In this document: positions 17,622 to 28,142 of the stretch, in pieces
Numbering within the stretch: the first letter of the stretch is position 1
Layout: each line of letters begins with the position of its first letter
Assembly: GCA_033763315.1 (NCBI GenBank)
Contig: JANRKS010000022.1
Coordinates: forward strand, 32,001 to 96,000
Direction: 5' to 3'
Length of the DNA: 64,000 bases
Source of the DNA: Deltaproteobacteria bacterium
Lineage (GTDB): Bacteria; Myxococcota_A; Polyangia; Fen-1088
Translations under genes and position numbers: made by a program
Notes under the pieces: model-generated
Seen by the model: only the letters and a program-made list of their open reading frames with translations
Database searches by the model: none
What the model was told of the DNA's origin: nothing

Positions 17622-20600
17622 TTAGGTCAACAGGGTGGCAAGACGTTTCACCACGTCGGCGGCGTCGGGCGCGGTCGAGGCGGCCACACGCATGGTTTCC
17701 TCAGCAAGCGGTTGCGGTAGGACCTCTTTGAGCAACGCCCACGCGGCCTCACACCGGCGTTTGGCTGAAGCGGCGTCTGGCGCAAACGCGGCCAGTTCTG
17801 ACAACGCCGCGTAGATTTCGGAAGCAGCGGGCCACACGGGCGGAGCGATCTTCGCCGCCAAGACGGCATCGCCAGCCGCGGCGCTGGCCAAACACAAGAT
17901 GAGGCTCAACTGCTCCGCCTGTGCCGCTTCCCGGCCTTCTTCGTTGGCTTGCAGATCAGCAGCGACGCCGGCCACATCTAACACTTCGCCGCGTTGCCAA
18001 TAAAACGGCACCAGCCGGACCAAAGCCGGAGCGAAAGTGGGATCCATATCGGCCGAGCGCAAGTAGGCGTCCATCGCGCCCGTGGACTCCTGCAATGAAA
18101 CGCGCCGCAACTCGCCTTCACGGAACAACGCGCGCGCGCGCTCACGGGGCAACGTGTAAAGCCGTGACAATCGGTTCCACAAGGACGCCGCCGATACGTG
18201 ATCGCCCAGCATCTCTGCCGCCTGGGTCAACCGCTGCAAGGCCGTCAAACGTGTGGGTTCAAGACGCGTGGCTTCTTCAAGGTAGGTGCGCGCGGCAGCC
18301 GCGTTGTCCAGCGCGAGCAAGCATTCGCCCATGCGCTCACAAAGCGCGACCCGGCGGCCCACCGCCTCAGCCGGCAAACTCTGCAGCACGGGCGCGAGAA
18401 GCTTGACCACTTCAGCGTGGTCTTCGCGCAGGTAAGCAAATTCAGCCAAGGCTTCGCTCGCACCTGCATGCGTGGGCTCAAGCTCAAGCACCTTGCGGTA
18501 GTTCGCCTCGGCGGCCGCCTCGTCGCCAAACATTTCGGCCAGCTCGGCGCGGCGGAACGCCAACAACACGGGTTCGATCACGCCTGTGTGATCAGGCTTT
18601 TCACTGAGCGCTTCGTACGCGCGCCGTGCCTCAGCCCAATCTTGCAAGCGGTAAGACAGCTCGGCAAAAGCGCCAAGCGCACCAACGTGGTTCGGATCCG
18701 CAGCCAGCGCTTCATCAAGATCAGCCACCGCGGCGTCCAAAGCTTTTTGGCTGACGGCAAAAGCCGCACGCGCCACAAGCCAACCCGCACGTATCGGCGC
18801 AGGCACAGGTTCAGCCAACGCGCGCGCAAAACGCTCTTCGGCGGCCGCATGATCATCTTGTGTGATCGCGTGTTGAGCGAGCTTGAGCCACAGGCGGCCC
18901 TTGACCGTGGGCTCAAGTTCACTGGGCGGCGCCAGCAGAGCGGCGATCTTATCTTCATGGCCGCTGACGTCACCCAGCGCTTCATAGAGCGCGGCCAACT
19001 GTTGTGCCGCGGCGGCGTCCACGGGTCCGCGTTCTGCCAAACGTTCAAGTAAGGGCAACGGCCCAAGGCCGCCGGGCAAACCTAGATCCGCCAGCTGTAG
19101 GAAGGCATCGCGATCCGCCGCGGTAAGCGCACCATCCACGCCTGCGGCACCAGGCGCCAAACGCGCTGAAGCTTCTGCCAAAACCGCAGCCACATCACTT
19201 TCGTTGCCCACCTTGCGAGCCAACTCCGCGCGCAGAGCCAGACCCGCGACGGGCAACGTGGGCAAAGGCCAGCCCTGCAAGACAGCATAGGCCGCGGGCA
19301 CCCCGGCCTCCCCCTCAAGGCGCGCGCGCGCACGTTCAACCACCAACGCAGGCTCTTCGATGGCCGGCGCCAGTGGCGCGAGTTCAACAGCGGAGCCGGG
19401 AGCGTTCACAAAGTCAGACGCCGTTTCGTTGTCGGGCGTCGGTGTTGACGAATGCGCTTCGGTTGACGAGGGCTCGATCAAACCAGCGCGGGCCAGCACT
19501 TCGTCGGCCTGCTGCCATGCGCCCCGTGCCAACAACAAACGCCCTAAACTATCGCCCGCCTCTTTGAGTACGGCCGGTGATTGCATCAGCGCGCGCAACA
19601 TGTCTTCGGCACGTTCAACGTCTTTGCCCGAACGCCACAACGCGCGCGCAATTTCAAGCTTGAGCACCAAGGGATCGGGCTCGCGTGGTTCGGTGGAATC
19701 GCTTTGCTGTTCGCTCACCGCAAGCAAGCGTTCGAGCGTCAAAAGCAGTTCGTCAAAACGCGATTCGCGCCGGCACAGTTCAATCAGCCGCTTTTGTGTT
19801 TCAAGATCCTCGGGCGCCGCGACCAAGCGGCGACGATACACCGCCAAGGCTTCATCTGAACGGCCCAACCGCTCAAGCGCGCGTGCATAGGCCATTTCAA
19901 TTTCGTGCTGCTCGGGTGACAGTGGCGCCGCCAACTCAAGACGCCCGGCCAACGCCTTGACCAGCGCTTCTGCGAATCCAGCGGAATCAAGCCCGTCAAC
20001 AAGCAGCGCCAAATCGGCGCCGTGGGGCTCTTGCGCCAGCGCGCGTTCAAGATGTGCCTCGGCGTCCGCGAGGGAGCCGGTCAAGCGATCCCAACGCGAC
20101 AAGCGCAAGTGTGCGTTCGCCTTGTCTCGGCTCGACACCAGACCACGGCCATCAGGGCGGCCCGCAACACGCAGCAAGCGTTCAGAAATTGTGGCGGCTT
20201 CGTCGAGGCGGCCTTCATCCCACGCGCGCGCCGCCCCCCACAACAATGACGGCACGTGCTCGGCGTCGACTTCAAGCGCGCGTGCGTAGGCGGCGTCGGC
20301 TTGCGCCGGATCCGCCAAATGTTGAGCGTAAACCCAACCGAGTTTTGCAAAAGCATCGCGGCGCTCAGCAAGGCGCGTGTTGGCGGCATGCGCCTGCAAA
20401 GTTCGCGCAACCAATTCCCATTCGCCACGCGCTTCGTAGGCCTCTTGCAGCGCGCGCCACGCTTCGCCGCGCGAAGGATCCCGTTCCGATGCCGACTGCC
20501 AGGCGGCCAGCGCCGCGTCCTTGGATTCGGCTTGCTCGAACAGCTTTGCGGCCGCGATCCAAACCTCGGCAACACGTTCACTCTCGTTCGAACCTGCGCG

Positions 20601-23033
20601 GGGCGTGCCGGCTTGTTCGATTGACTGCACCAGCGCCTTCGCCGCAGCCGAAGGCTTGCCTTGTGCCGACCACAACTGCGACGACCGCTGGCCGAGCTCC
20701 AAACACACGTCAAATGCGGCCGCGCCCTCGAGACCTTTCTCGAACGCGGCGAGCGCCGCTTCGTCATCGCCTTGCGCTTCGGCCAAGCGGCCTCGCATCA
20801 AAGCAAGCTCACCGTGCAAGGGTCCGGCGGCGCCCGTGGTGGAGCTGAGGTAACCCTCGATGATGCGCACCAAATCGGCGGCCACGGCGGCGTGTTGCTC
20901 GGCGGGGCCGGCGGTTTCGGCCAACCACTCTTCGGCCCACGCGATCGCGGCGCGCGCGCCGGCGTTGGTGCCCGTGGCGGACGCGGTGGCCAAAGCGCGC
21001 GTCACGAAATCGGATTGGCCCGCACGATCCGCCACGTCACGGGCGCGCCCCAACACGGCGGCGAAGATCACGGGATCGGTGATGCGCTCCAGGGCGCGTT
21101 CGAAGCGAACCAGCACGTCGCCAAGATCTTCAGCTGCCGCTTGGGCGGCCAATTCGTCCAACGCGCCAAGATGGGCCGGATTGCTGCGCAACACATCGTC
21201 AAGCGCCACGCGGCCTCGCGCCTTATCGCCAAGCACGCGGCCCAACAAACCTGCGCGCTCTACGTCTAGATCAAGCTTATCATCGCCTTCGGACACAGCG
21301 CTTGCGGACGCGAGCAACTGGGCGGCTTCTTCGCCACGCCCCAGGCGCGACAGCACACGCGCGCGCTGCTGCAGCCATGCAACGGCGCCGGGTTGCAACG
21401 TAAGTGCCTGGGCCCAATGCGCTTCAGCGGCCGCGTCCACGCCCGCTGATTCTTCACACTGCGCAAGCGCCGCCAGCGCTTCGGCTTGTGAGTCGGTGGC
21501 GCGCATGGCAGCGAACAAAGCCACCGCTTTTTCAAGGGCAAGCCTGGCGCCGTCATGGTTGCGTGAAGCTTTGCGCGCGCGGCCCAAGCCGAGCCACGCC
21601 GGCGCCAACATTTCATCAAGCACCACGGCCTCGGCAAAACGTTCGGCGGCCTTATCAACTTGCCCAAGCTCATCGAACAACACTTGACCCGCGTCGCACA
21701 GAAGCTTCGCGCGTGCGACGGGGCTGGGCTCTTCGAGCTCGCGGCGCCGCAACAACGCAAGCCACTCACTCCAGCGCTTTTGCACGCCGAAAATGCGGCG
21801 CAGAACGTCCAGCGCACGCGGGTGCCCGGGCCGCGCCACGCGCACCGATTCGAGCAAGCCCAACGCGCGCTCGGTTTGCCCCGCCTCCAAGTAAGCTTCG
21901 GCAGCGGCGGTGAGCGCCGTGGCCGCTTCCAAGCTGGGCAAGGCTTCGCCGGCTTGGGCCAATTGTTCGTAAAGTTCGGCAGCTTCTGCGGAACGCCCCT
22001 GGGCCAATGCCGAAACGGCGCGCGCCAACAAAGCGGGCGCGAAACCGGGCATGCGCGCCAACAGCGCACTGGCCAGCTCTTCAGCTTCACGCAGCGATTG
22101 GGGCGTGATGCACAGCAGTTGCAGCAAACGCGTGGCGACGAAAACGTTGCCCGAGTGAAGCGTCGCCGCACGACGGTAAAGCGCCAGCGCCGCGGCCACA
22201 TCACCTGTGGCCAAATGCGATTCCGCCTCGGCAAACAAGCTGCGGCCTTCTTCATACGCGGCACGCCCGCCTGAGTGGGTGGATGACGAGCCGAACGAAA
22301 ACTCGTCGTCGTCGTCCGCGGCGCGCGTCAACGGTGCAAACCGCAACAACACGCGGTCCCCACCATGTCCAAGCGGCAGCAAACCCAAGCCGCCACGCCC
22401 AGGCATGCGCCAGCCGCGCATCGGAAACAGATCCAGCAGCGCCAACTCAAGCGGCTCGACCACCACTTCGGTGGGCCCTTGCAGGTACGCAAACGGCGGC
22501 CGATCCGCAGGACCGTGATCAAGAATGGATCCACACACGGCTTTGAGCAGCGCTGTGATCACCTGCGGCGCACCGATGGGCAAAAAGCCGTGTAAACGCA
22601 GATCGTAAACCGCCACGCGCAAACGCCGCGGCTGCAGAACGCGGAAATAACCGGCCGCCAGCAGCTCGGCGCCGTGGCTGCCCACCTCAACGCGCGCTTG
22701 CAGCGTGAACCCATCAGGTCCCATCTCGACGATCGGCCGCAAGATGCCAACCTGAGCCAGCGGTGCGCGCGCCAAAAGCCGCACAACATCGTTGGCACTT
22801 AACGAAAGCGTAAGCTGGTTTAGCTGGCAGCGGCGGTTGGCAAAGCGGGTCGAGCCGCCCGACAAATCAAAAGGAAAGCGCAGGTTGGGCACTGTCATCG
22901 CCAGCGCGTCCACACGCCCTACATGCGACAGGCCGAATGACGTGAGCGAAAGCTGCCCCTGCCCGCTTTCGATTTGAACCACGAGAGGAAGCGCGTTTCG
23001 TGCCGCCGCCGGGGCCTCTGGACGCGCGGTCAC
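17622..23033 (-). CDS. Giant tetratricopeptide-repeat protein (1803 aa) with non-TPR N-terminal domain
   Basis: Long Ala/Leu-rich helical repeats (AxxxYxRALxxxPxxxxA) throughout; beta-rich N-terminus containing PNLRFPFDLSGG. Confidence 0.8.
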   Translation of the reverse strand: MTARPEAPAAARNALPLVVQIESGQGQLSLTSFGLSHVGRVDALAMTVPNLRFPFDLSGGSTRFANRRCQLNQLTLSLSANDVVRLLARAPLAQVGILRPIVEMGPDGFTLQARVEVGSHGAELLAAGYFRVLQPRRLRVAVYDLRLHGFLPIGAPQVITALLKAVCGSILDHGPADRPPFAYLQGPTEVVVEPLELALLDLFPMRGWRMPGRGGLGLLPLGHGGDRVLLRFAPLTRAADDDDEFSFGSSSTHSGGRAAYEEGRSLFAEAESHLATGDVAAALALYRRAATLHSGNVFVATRLLQLLCITPQSLREAEELASALLARMPGFAPALLARAVSALAQGRSAEAAELYEQLAQAGEALPSLEAATALTAAAEAYLEAGQTERALGLLESVRVARPGHPRALDVLRRIFGVQKRWSEWLALLRRRELEEPSPVARAKLLCDAGQVLFDELGQVDKAAERFAEAVVLDEMLAPAWLGLGRARKASRNHDGARLALEKAVALFAAMRATDSQAEALAALAQCEESAGVDAAAEAHWAQALTLQPGAVAWLQQRARVLSRLGRGEEAAQLLASASAVSEGDDKLDLDVERAGLLGRVLGDKARGRVALDDVLRSNPAHLGALDELAAQAAAEDLGDVLVRFERALERITDPVIFAAVLGRARDVADRAGQSDFVTRALATASATGTNAGARAAIAWAEEWLAETAGPAEQHAAVAADLVRIIEGYLSSTTGAAGPLHGELALMRGRLAEAQGDDEAALAAFEKGLEGAAAFDVCLELGQRSSQLWSAQGKPSAAAKALVQSIEQAGTPRAGSNESERVAEVWIAAAKLFEQAESKDAALAAWQSASERDPSRGEAWRALQEAYEARGEWELVARTLQAHAANTRLAERRDAFAKLGWVYAQHLADPAQADAAYARALEVDAEHVPSLLWGAARAWDEGRLDEAATISERLLRVAGRPDGRGLVSSRDKANAHLRLSRWDRLTGSLADAEAHLERALAQEPHGADLALLVDGLDSAGFAEALVKALAGRLELAAPLSPEQHEIEMAYARALERLGRSDEALAVYRRRLVAAPEDLETQKRLIELCRRESRFDELLLTLERLLAVSEQQSDSTEPREPDPLVLKLEIARALWRSGKDVERAEDMLRALMQSPAVLKEAGDSLGRLLLARGAWQQADEVLARAGLIEPSSTEAHSSTPTPDNETASDFVNAPGSAVELAPLAPAIEEPALVVERARARLEGEAGVPAAYAVLQGWPLPTLPVAGLALRAELARKVGNESDVAAVLAEASARLAPGAAGVDGALTAADRDAFLQLADLGLPGGLGPLPLLERLAERGPVDAAAAQQLAALYEALGDVSGHEDKIAALLAPPSELEPTVKGRLWLKLAQHAITQDDHAAAEERFARALAEPVPAPIRAGWLVARAAFAVSQKALDAAVADLDEALAADPNHVGALGAFAELSYRLQDWAEARRAYEALSEKPDHTGVIEPVLLAFRRAELAEMFGDEAAAEANYRKVLELEPTHAGASEALAEFAYLREDHAEVVKLLAPVLQSLPAEAVGRRVALCERMGECLLALDNAAAARTYLEEATRLEPTRLTALQRLTQAAEMLGDHVSAASLWNRLSRLYTLPRERARALFREGELRRVSLQESTGAMDAYLRSADMDPTFAPALVRLVPFYWQRGEVLDVAGVAADLQANEEGREAAQAEQLSLILCLASAAAGDAVLAAKIAPPVWPAASEIYAALSELAAFAPDAASAKRRCEAAWALLKEVLPQPLAEETMRVAASTAPDAADVVKRLATLLT

Positions 23034-23671
23034 GCAGGTCTACCTTGAGGCACAGGAGCGGCGTCTTCCAAGCCGTAAAGCCGACGCCCGCGGCGACCAC
23101 CGAAAAACGCCATGATGACCACACAAAACAGGATCCCAAACAAAGCGGTGACCAGCGGCATGATCACGGCCAGCGCTTTGATCGTGGCCTCTACTTCGCC
23201 AGCGGACGAACCGGAAATGGTCGACGACAGGCGTCGCGCCAATTCGGGCGCCACCCGCACTATCTCCGGACGAACCACAGCCAAACCAAACACCGCGTTG
23301 ACTGCATGATAAAGCACACCCACCCAAGCAGCCAAAAGCGCCAGCATACGGCCCCTCGGATCTAGGGTGAAAATCGACGCCACCACATAGAGCACGAGCA
23401 TGGCTATGCCCAATTGAAAGCCGGCCAGCGCTTTGACCAAGAGCGGGTGCCGTTGCTCCACCCGCTGCATTGCCACTTCAATCGCTTTGGCGGGGGCTTC
23501 GTCGGCTGGGATCGCAGCGTTTGACTGTGCCAGCACCACGCCAGGCTGCCCGCGCAAAGTCACCAGCCCTGACAGACCCAGCCGCGTGGCCGACATCAAC
23601 ATCAGGGCTGCGACCAAGACCAACCAGGGCGGTCGGTGTTGGGGCGCCCGAGCCAGTCGTGCGCCCGTCAT
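23030..23671 (-). CDS. Hypothetical membrane protein (about 4 TM)
   Basis: Four hydrophobic stretches; tightly packed between the ppiD-like and TPR genes. Confidence 0.65.
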   Translation of the reverse strand: MTGARLARAPQHRPPWLVLVAALMLMSATRLGLSGLVTLRGQPGVVLAQSNAAIPADEAPAKAIEVAMQRVEQRHPLLVKALAGFQLGIAMLVLYVVASIFTLDPRGRMLALLAAWVGVLYHAVNAVFGLAVVRPEIVRVAPELARRLSSTISGSSAGEVEATIKALAVIMPLVTALFGILFCVVIMAFFGGRRGRRLYGLEDAAPVPQGRPA

Positions 23672-23672
23672 C

Positions 23673-25319
23673 TCAGATTCCGAAAGGCGAAGCCGGCGTG
23701 CAGGGCTTGTAGTCGACAAGACCCTTCTTGCCGTCGGGGTAAACCAAGATTTGATCGTTCACTTTGATGCCCGAAGATTGCTGCACTTGCTTGCAGCGGT
23801 TTTGCGACCACTCGGTCATGACCTGGTAGCTCTTCACCGTTTCGGCCATCTGCGTCTCAGTGGCTTTGCTCTTCTCAAACTCTGCAGGGTCCGCCGTTTT
23901 GCGCTCCTTGAGGCGCACAACCACGAAGCTGCTTGCCACTTCCACAGGGCCGAAGAATGGCGATTCGGGCGTCAAAGCCCACGCCGCCTTGGCGAGTTCA
24001 GCCGAACGACCGATGCCTTCGATGCTGATGCCCTCGCGCATGAACAAGCCTGTTTCTTCCGCGCGTGGGGCGTCGCCCACGGGTGGCGCGCCTTCGGCTG
24101 GGGATGGGAACACATCTTTGAGCGTTTTCGCCGGATCTTTGCCAGCCGCTTCTTTGGCCTTCGCCAAGGCAGACTCGGCCGCCGCTTTGGCCTTCGCCGT
24201 CGCTTGGTCCTTGCGCAAAGCCTCTTCTGCCAACTCAAGCTTCACTTGATCATACGCCAGATCACCTTCGCGAGCGCCCAGCACCTTAACCACATAAACC
24301 GAGCCTTCGGCCGTCTTCGGGCCCAAAACGGCGTTGTCTGCCGCTGCCATCACTTCAGTCCACAGGTCGGCGCCCAAACCTTCGGAGCCTTCGCGGCGCC
24401 AGGCGGGAGGAGCCACGGTCACGTTCGACTTGGCGTCGGCGGTCAAAGGCTTGGCGGCAAGGGCCAGGGCTTGTCCCGCTTTACCGGCTGAGGCAACGGC
24501 TTCGAGTTTCTTCGTCGCGGCTTGCTTGTCGGCGTCTGCAGCGTCAGCCGCCAAAGCCAGCTTCACCACTTCGATCTTCTTTTCCTTGGGCAGCTTGGTG
24601 TAGCGGAAGGCCTTATCCTTTTCGTAGGTGGCCTTAAGTTCAGCTTCGTGGGCGGCGGCGTACGCGGCCACGTCTTGCGCCGACGGAGCGACGGCGGCCT
24701 CGAACTTCCCCACGGGGAAGCGCAGGTATTCAAGGTTTAACTGGGTGTTGCGGTGTTCCCATTCAGCCTTCACCTCGGTGGGGGAAACCGTGAGGCCTCC
24801 TTTAAGGAAGGCGCGCACGCGTTCGGCCTGAAGCTCCCGCTGTTGCATTTCAAGGAAGGTGGCGGGCGTGAAGCCGTAGTAGCGGATGAAGCGCGTGAAA
24901 TCGTCGTAGCTAAAGCCGGGTTCATTTGAGAATGCTTTTGCGCCACCAAACAACAAGAACTTGCCCGTGGCGACGAAATCTTCCGCCTCTTCGCGGCTGA
25001 CCACCAAACCAAGTTCATTGGCCTGCTGGGCCAAAAGCTCGCGATCGATCAAGCGGTCGAGGACAATCTCGCGCACGCGGGCTTGCTTGGCTTGTTCCCC
25101 ATCAAAGCGGTCTCCGCCAGCCAACAAAAACGCCGTGCGGTACTCTTGTGCGGTCACCTCGCGTTTGCCCACCTTCACGGCATAATCCACGGTGCTGCCG
25201 GGGGCGTTGAAGCCTCCTAACGACTGCGGTCCGAAGCTGATGATAAACACCGCGATGATGATGCCGAACAACGCATAGATGAGCAGGCTTCGGGAGTGTT
25301 GACGCATCTGCTCGAGCAT
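23673..25319 (-). CDS. ppiD: SurA N-terminal domain / PpiD-like periplasmic chaperone
   Basis: MLEQMR...LIYALFGIIIAVFIISFG anchor; LDRLIDRELLAQQANELGLVVS; degenerate rotamase regions. Confidence 0.75.
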   Translation of the reverse strand: MLEQMRQHSRSLLIYALFGIIIAVFIISFGPQSLGGFNAPGSTVDYAVKVGKREVTAQEYRTAFLLAGGDRFDGEQAKQARVREIVLDRLIDRELLAQQANELGLVVSREEAEDFVATGKFLLFGGAKAFSNEPGFSYDDFTRFIRYYGFTPATFLEMQQRELQAERVRAFLKGGLTVSPTEVKAEWEHRNTQLNLEYLRFPVGKFEAAVAPSAQDVAAYAAAHEAELKATYEKDKAFRYTKLPKEKKIEVVKLALAADAADADKQAATKKLEAVASAGKAGQALALAAKPLTADAKSNVTVAPPAWRREGSEGLGADLWTEVMAAADNAVLGPKTAEGSVYVVKVLGAREGDLAYDQVKLELAEEALRKDQATAKAKAAAESALAKAKEAAGKDPAKTLKDVFPSPAEGAPPVGDAPRAEETGLFMREGISIEGIGRSAELAKAAWALTPESPFFGPVEVASSFVVVRLKERKTADPAEFEKSKATETQMAETVKSYQVMTEWSQNRCKQVQQSSGIKVNDQILVYPDGKKGLVDYKPCTPASPFGI

Positions 25320-25338
25320 GGAAACTGGGCCTCCGTAG

Positions 25339-26625
<1,287 letters not shown>

Positions 26626-26683
26626 TGCGGCAAGCGGCCTCGGCCGCGTGAGCTCTTGTTGATTCGATCGCTGTGTGTTTGTG

Positions 26684-27580
26684 ATGACCGGCACCCGACA
26701 AAAATTGCGAGAGGTGGCCGTGGTAACGGCAACGCTGCTCGTGTCGCTGTTTCTGCTGCGCCAGAGCGCGAAGAACCCAGGCGAACTGTCCACCTTGGAT
26801 CGCGGGATTCTGCATCTGCTATCGCCTGTGCAAGGGGCGCTTTCATCTTTGGGCCGCAACATTGGCAACTTGGCGGGCCGCTACGTGGATCTGGTGCACG
26901 TGCGGTCTGAAAACGAAAACCTGCGGCGCGAAAACAGCCGCTTGCGTGCGGAGCTGCTTGAGGCCAAACGCGGCGCTGCGCAAAGCATTCGGCTGCAAAA
27001 GCTGCTTGACCTACGCAACGCCATCGCGTCGGAGACAATCTCGGCCCGCGTGGTGGCCATCGATACGTCGCCGTATTTCCGCGTGGCACGCGTGACCCTG
27101 GATCGAGGCGAAGGCGCGCTCACGCGTGGCATGCCTGTGATCACACCTGAAGGCGTGGTGGGCCGCATCGATCGCGTGGCCGGCAACACCGCTGACATTC
27201 AGTTGGCCGTGGATCCTCGATTTGCGCTGGATGTGTTTTTGCCGCGCACGCGCAGCCGGGGCATCTTGCGGGGCAAAGCCGGTGAAAACGGCTACCGCAG
27301 CGTTGTTGAATACTTGGCGCGCGGCGAAGAAGTGCAAGAAGGCGACATCGTGGTGACGAGTGGTTTGGGCGGCAACTTCCCGCGTGATCTGCCAGTGGGG
27401 CGCATCAGCAAGATCACTCATGGCAGCTCCCTACACCAAGAGGTGGAAGTGACACCCGATGTGGACTTCGTGCGTTTGTCTGAAGTGCTGGTGGTGATTG
27501 CCCCCGCACCAGCCCCCGATCCCGACGCAGGCACGCGCCGTGCGGTCACCCCTGCCCGCGGGATTACGGTTTACAAATGA
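26684..27580 (+). CDS. mreC: Rod shape-determining protein MreC
   Basis: N-terminal TM, coiled coil ENENLRREN, GMPVITPEGVVGRI, GDIVVTSGLGGNFP; follows mreB. Confidence 0.92.
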   Translation: MTGTRQKLREVAVVTATLLVSLFLLRQSAKNPGELSTLDRGILHLLSPVQGALSSLGRNIGNLAGRYVDLVHVRSENENLRRENSRLRAELLEAKRGAAQSIRLQKLLDLRNAIASETISARVVAIDTSPYFRVARVTLDRGEGALTRGMPVITPEGVVGRIDRVAGNTADIQLAVDPRFALDVFLPRTRSRGILRGKAGENGYRSVVEYLARGEEVQEGDIVVTSGLGGNFPRDLPVGRISKITHGSSLHQEVEVTPDVDFVRLSEVLVVIAPAPAPDPDAGTRRAVTPARGITVYK

Positions 27581-28128
27581 GAGCCACCGCCACCCTCATC
27601 GTCGCCATGATCTTGGTGCTGTTGCAATCCACAGTCTTGGAGCTGGCGCCCGTGCACATCGTCACCCCAGCGTGTGGCCTCTTGGTGGTGTTGCACGTGT
27701 CGTTTTCAGAACGGTGGTCGCTGTCGTCGGCGGCCCTGCTTTCTTTTGCGCTTGGTTATTTGTTCGATTTGGTGTCGGGCGCCCCGTTGGGCGTGCACGC
27801 ATTTGTGTATTTGTTGCTCAGCCAAGGCGCGCGTTTGATGTCCACGCGCGTGCTTATGCGCGGCGTGATCTTGAGCGCCGGCATCGCGTTCCTGGCCGGC
27901 CTGCTCTCCGGCTTGATCGTTGTGGTTGTGCGTGCCCAGCTGAACCCTGAGGGCGGTTACGAAGGTTTGGGCGAAGCACCTGTGGAAGCCTTGCTCACGG
28001 GTCTATTCGCGCCGCCTCTGATGTGGATGTTGCGCCAGCTTGAAGGCCGCTTGGATCCGGCGCGTCTGCGCGTGGGCCTGGCCCGCCGCCGCAAGCGTTC
28101 GTTAAGCCACGCCGCCACACAACGCTAA
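27577..28128 (+). CDS. mreD: Rod shape-determining protein MreD
   Basis: Hydrophobic; GYLFDLVSGAPLGVHA motif; lies between mreC and mrdA. Confidence 0.88.
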   Translation: MRATATLIVAMILVLLQSTVLELAPVHIVTPACGLLVVLHVSFSERWSLSSAALLSFALGYLFDLVSGAPLGVHAFVYLLLSQGARLMSTRVLMRGVILSAGIAFLAGLLSGLIVVVVRAQLNPEGGYEGLGEAPVEALLTGLFAPPLMWMLRQLEGRLDPARLRVGLARRRKRSLSHAATQR

Positions 28129-28142
28129 GTTTTACGGCCGTT

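Noticed and set aside
17648-22600. Many long antisense and alternative-frame ORFs inside the TPR gene, and likewise across kdp, mre and nuo genes
   Set aside because: Typical shadow ORFs of GC-rich coding DNA, with no motifs.
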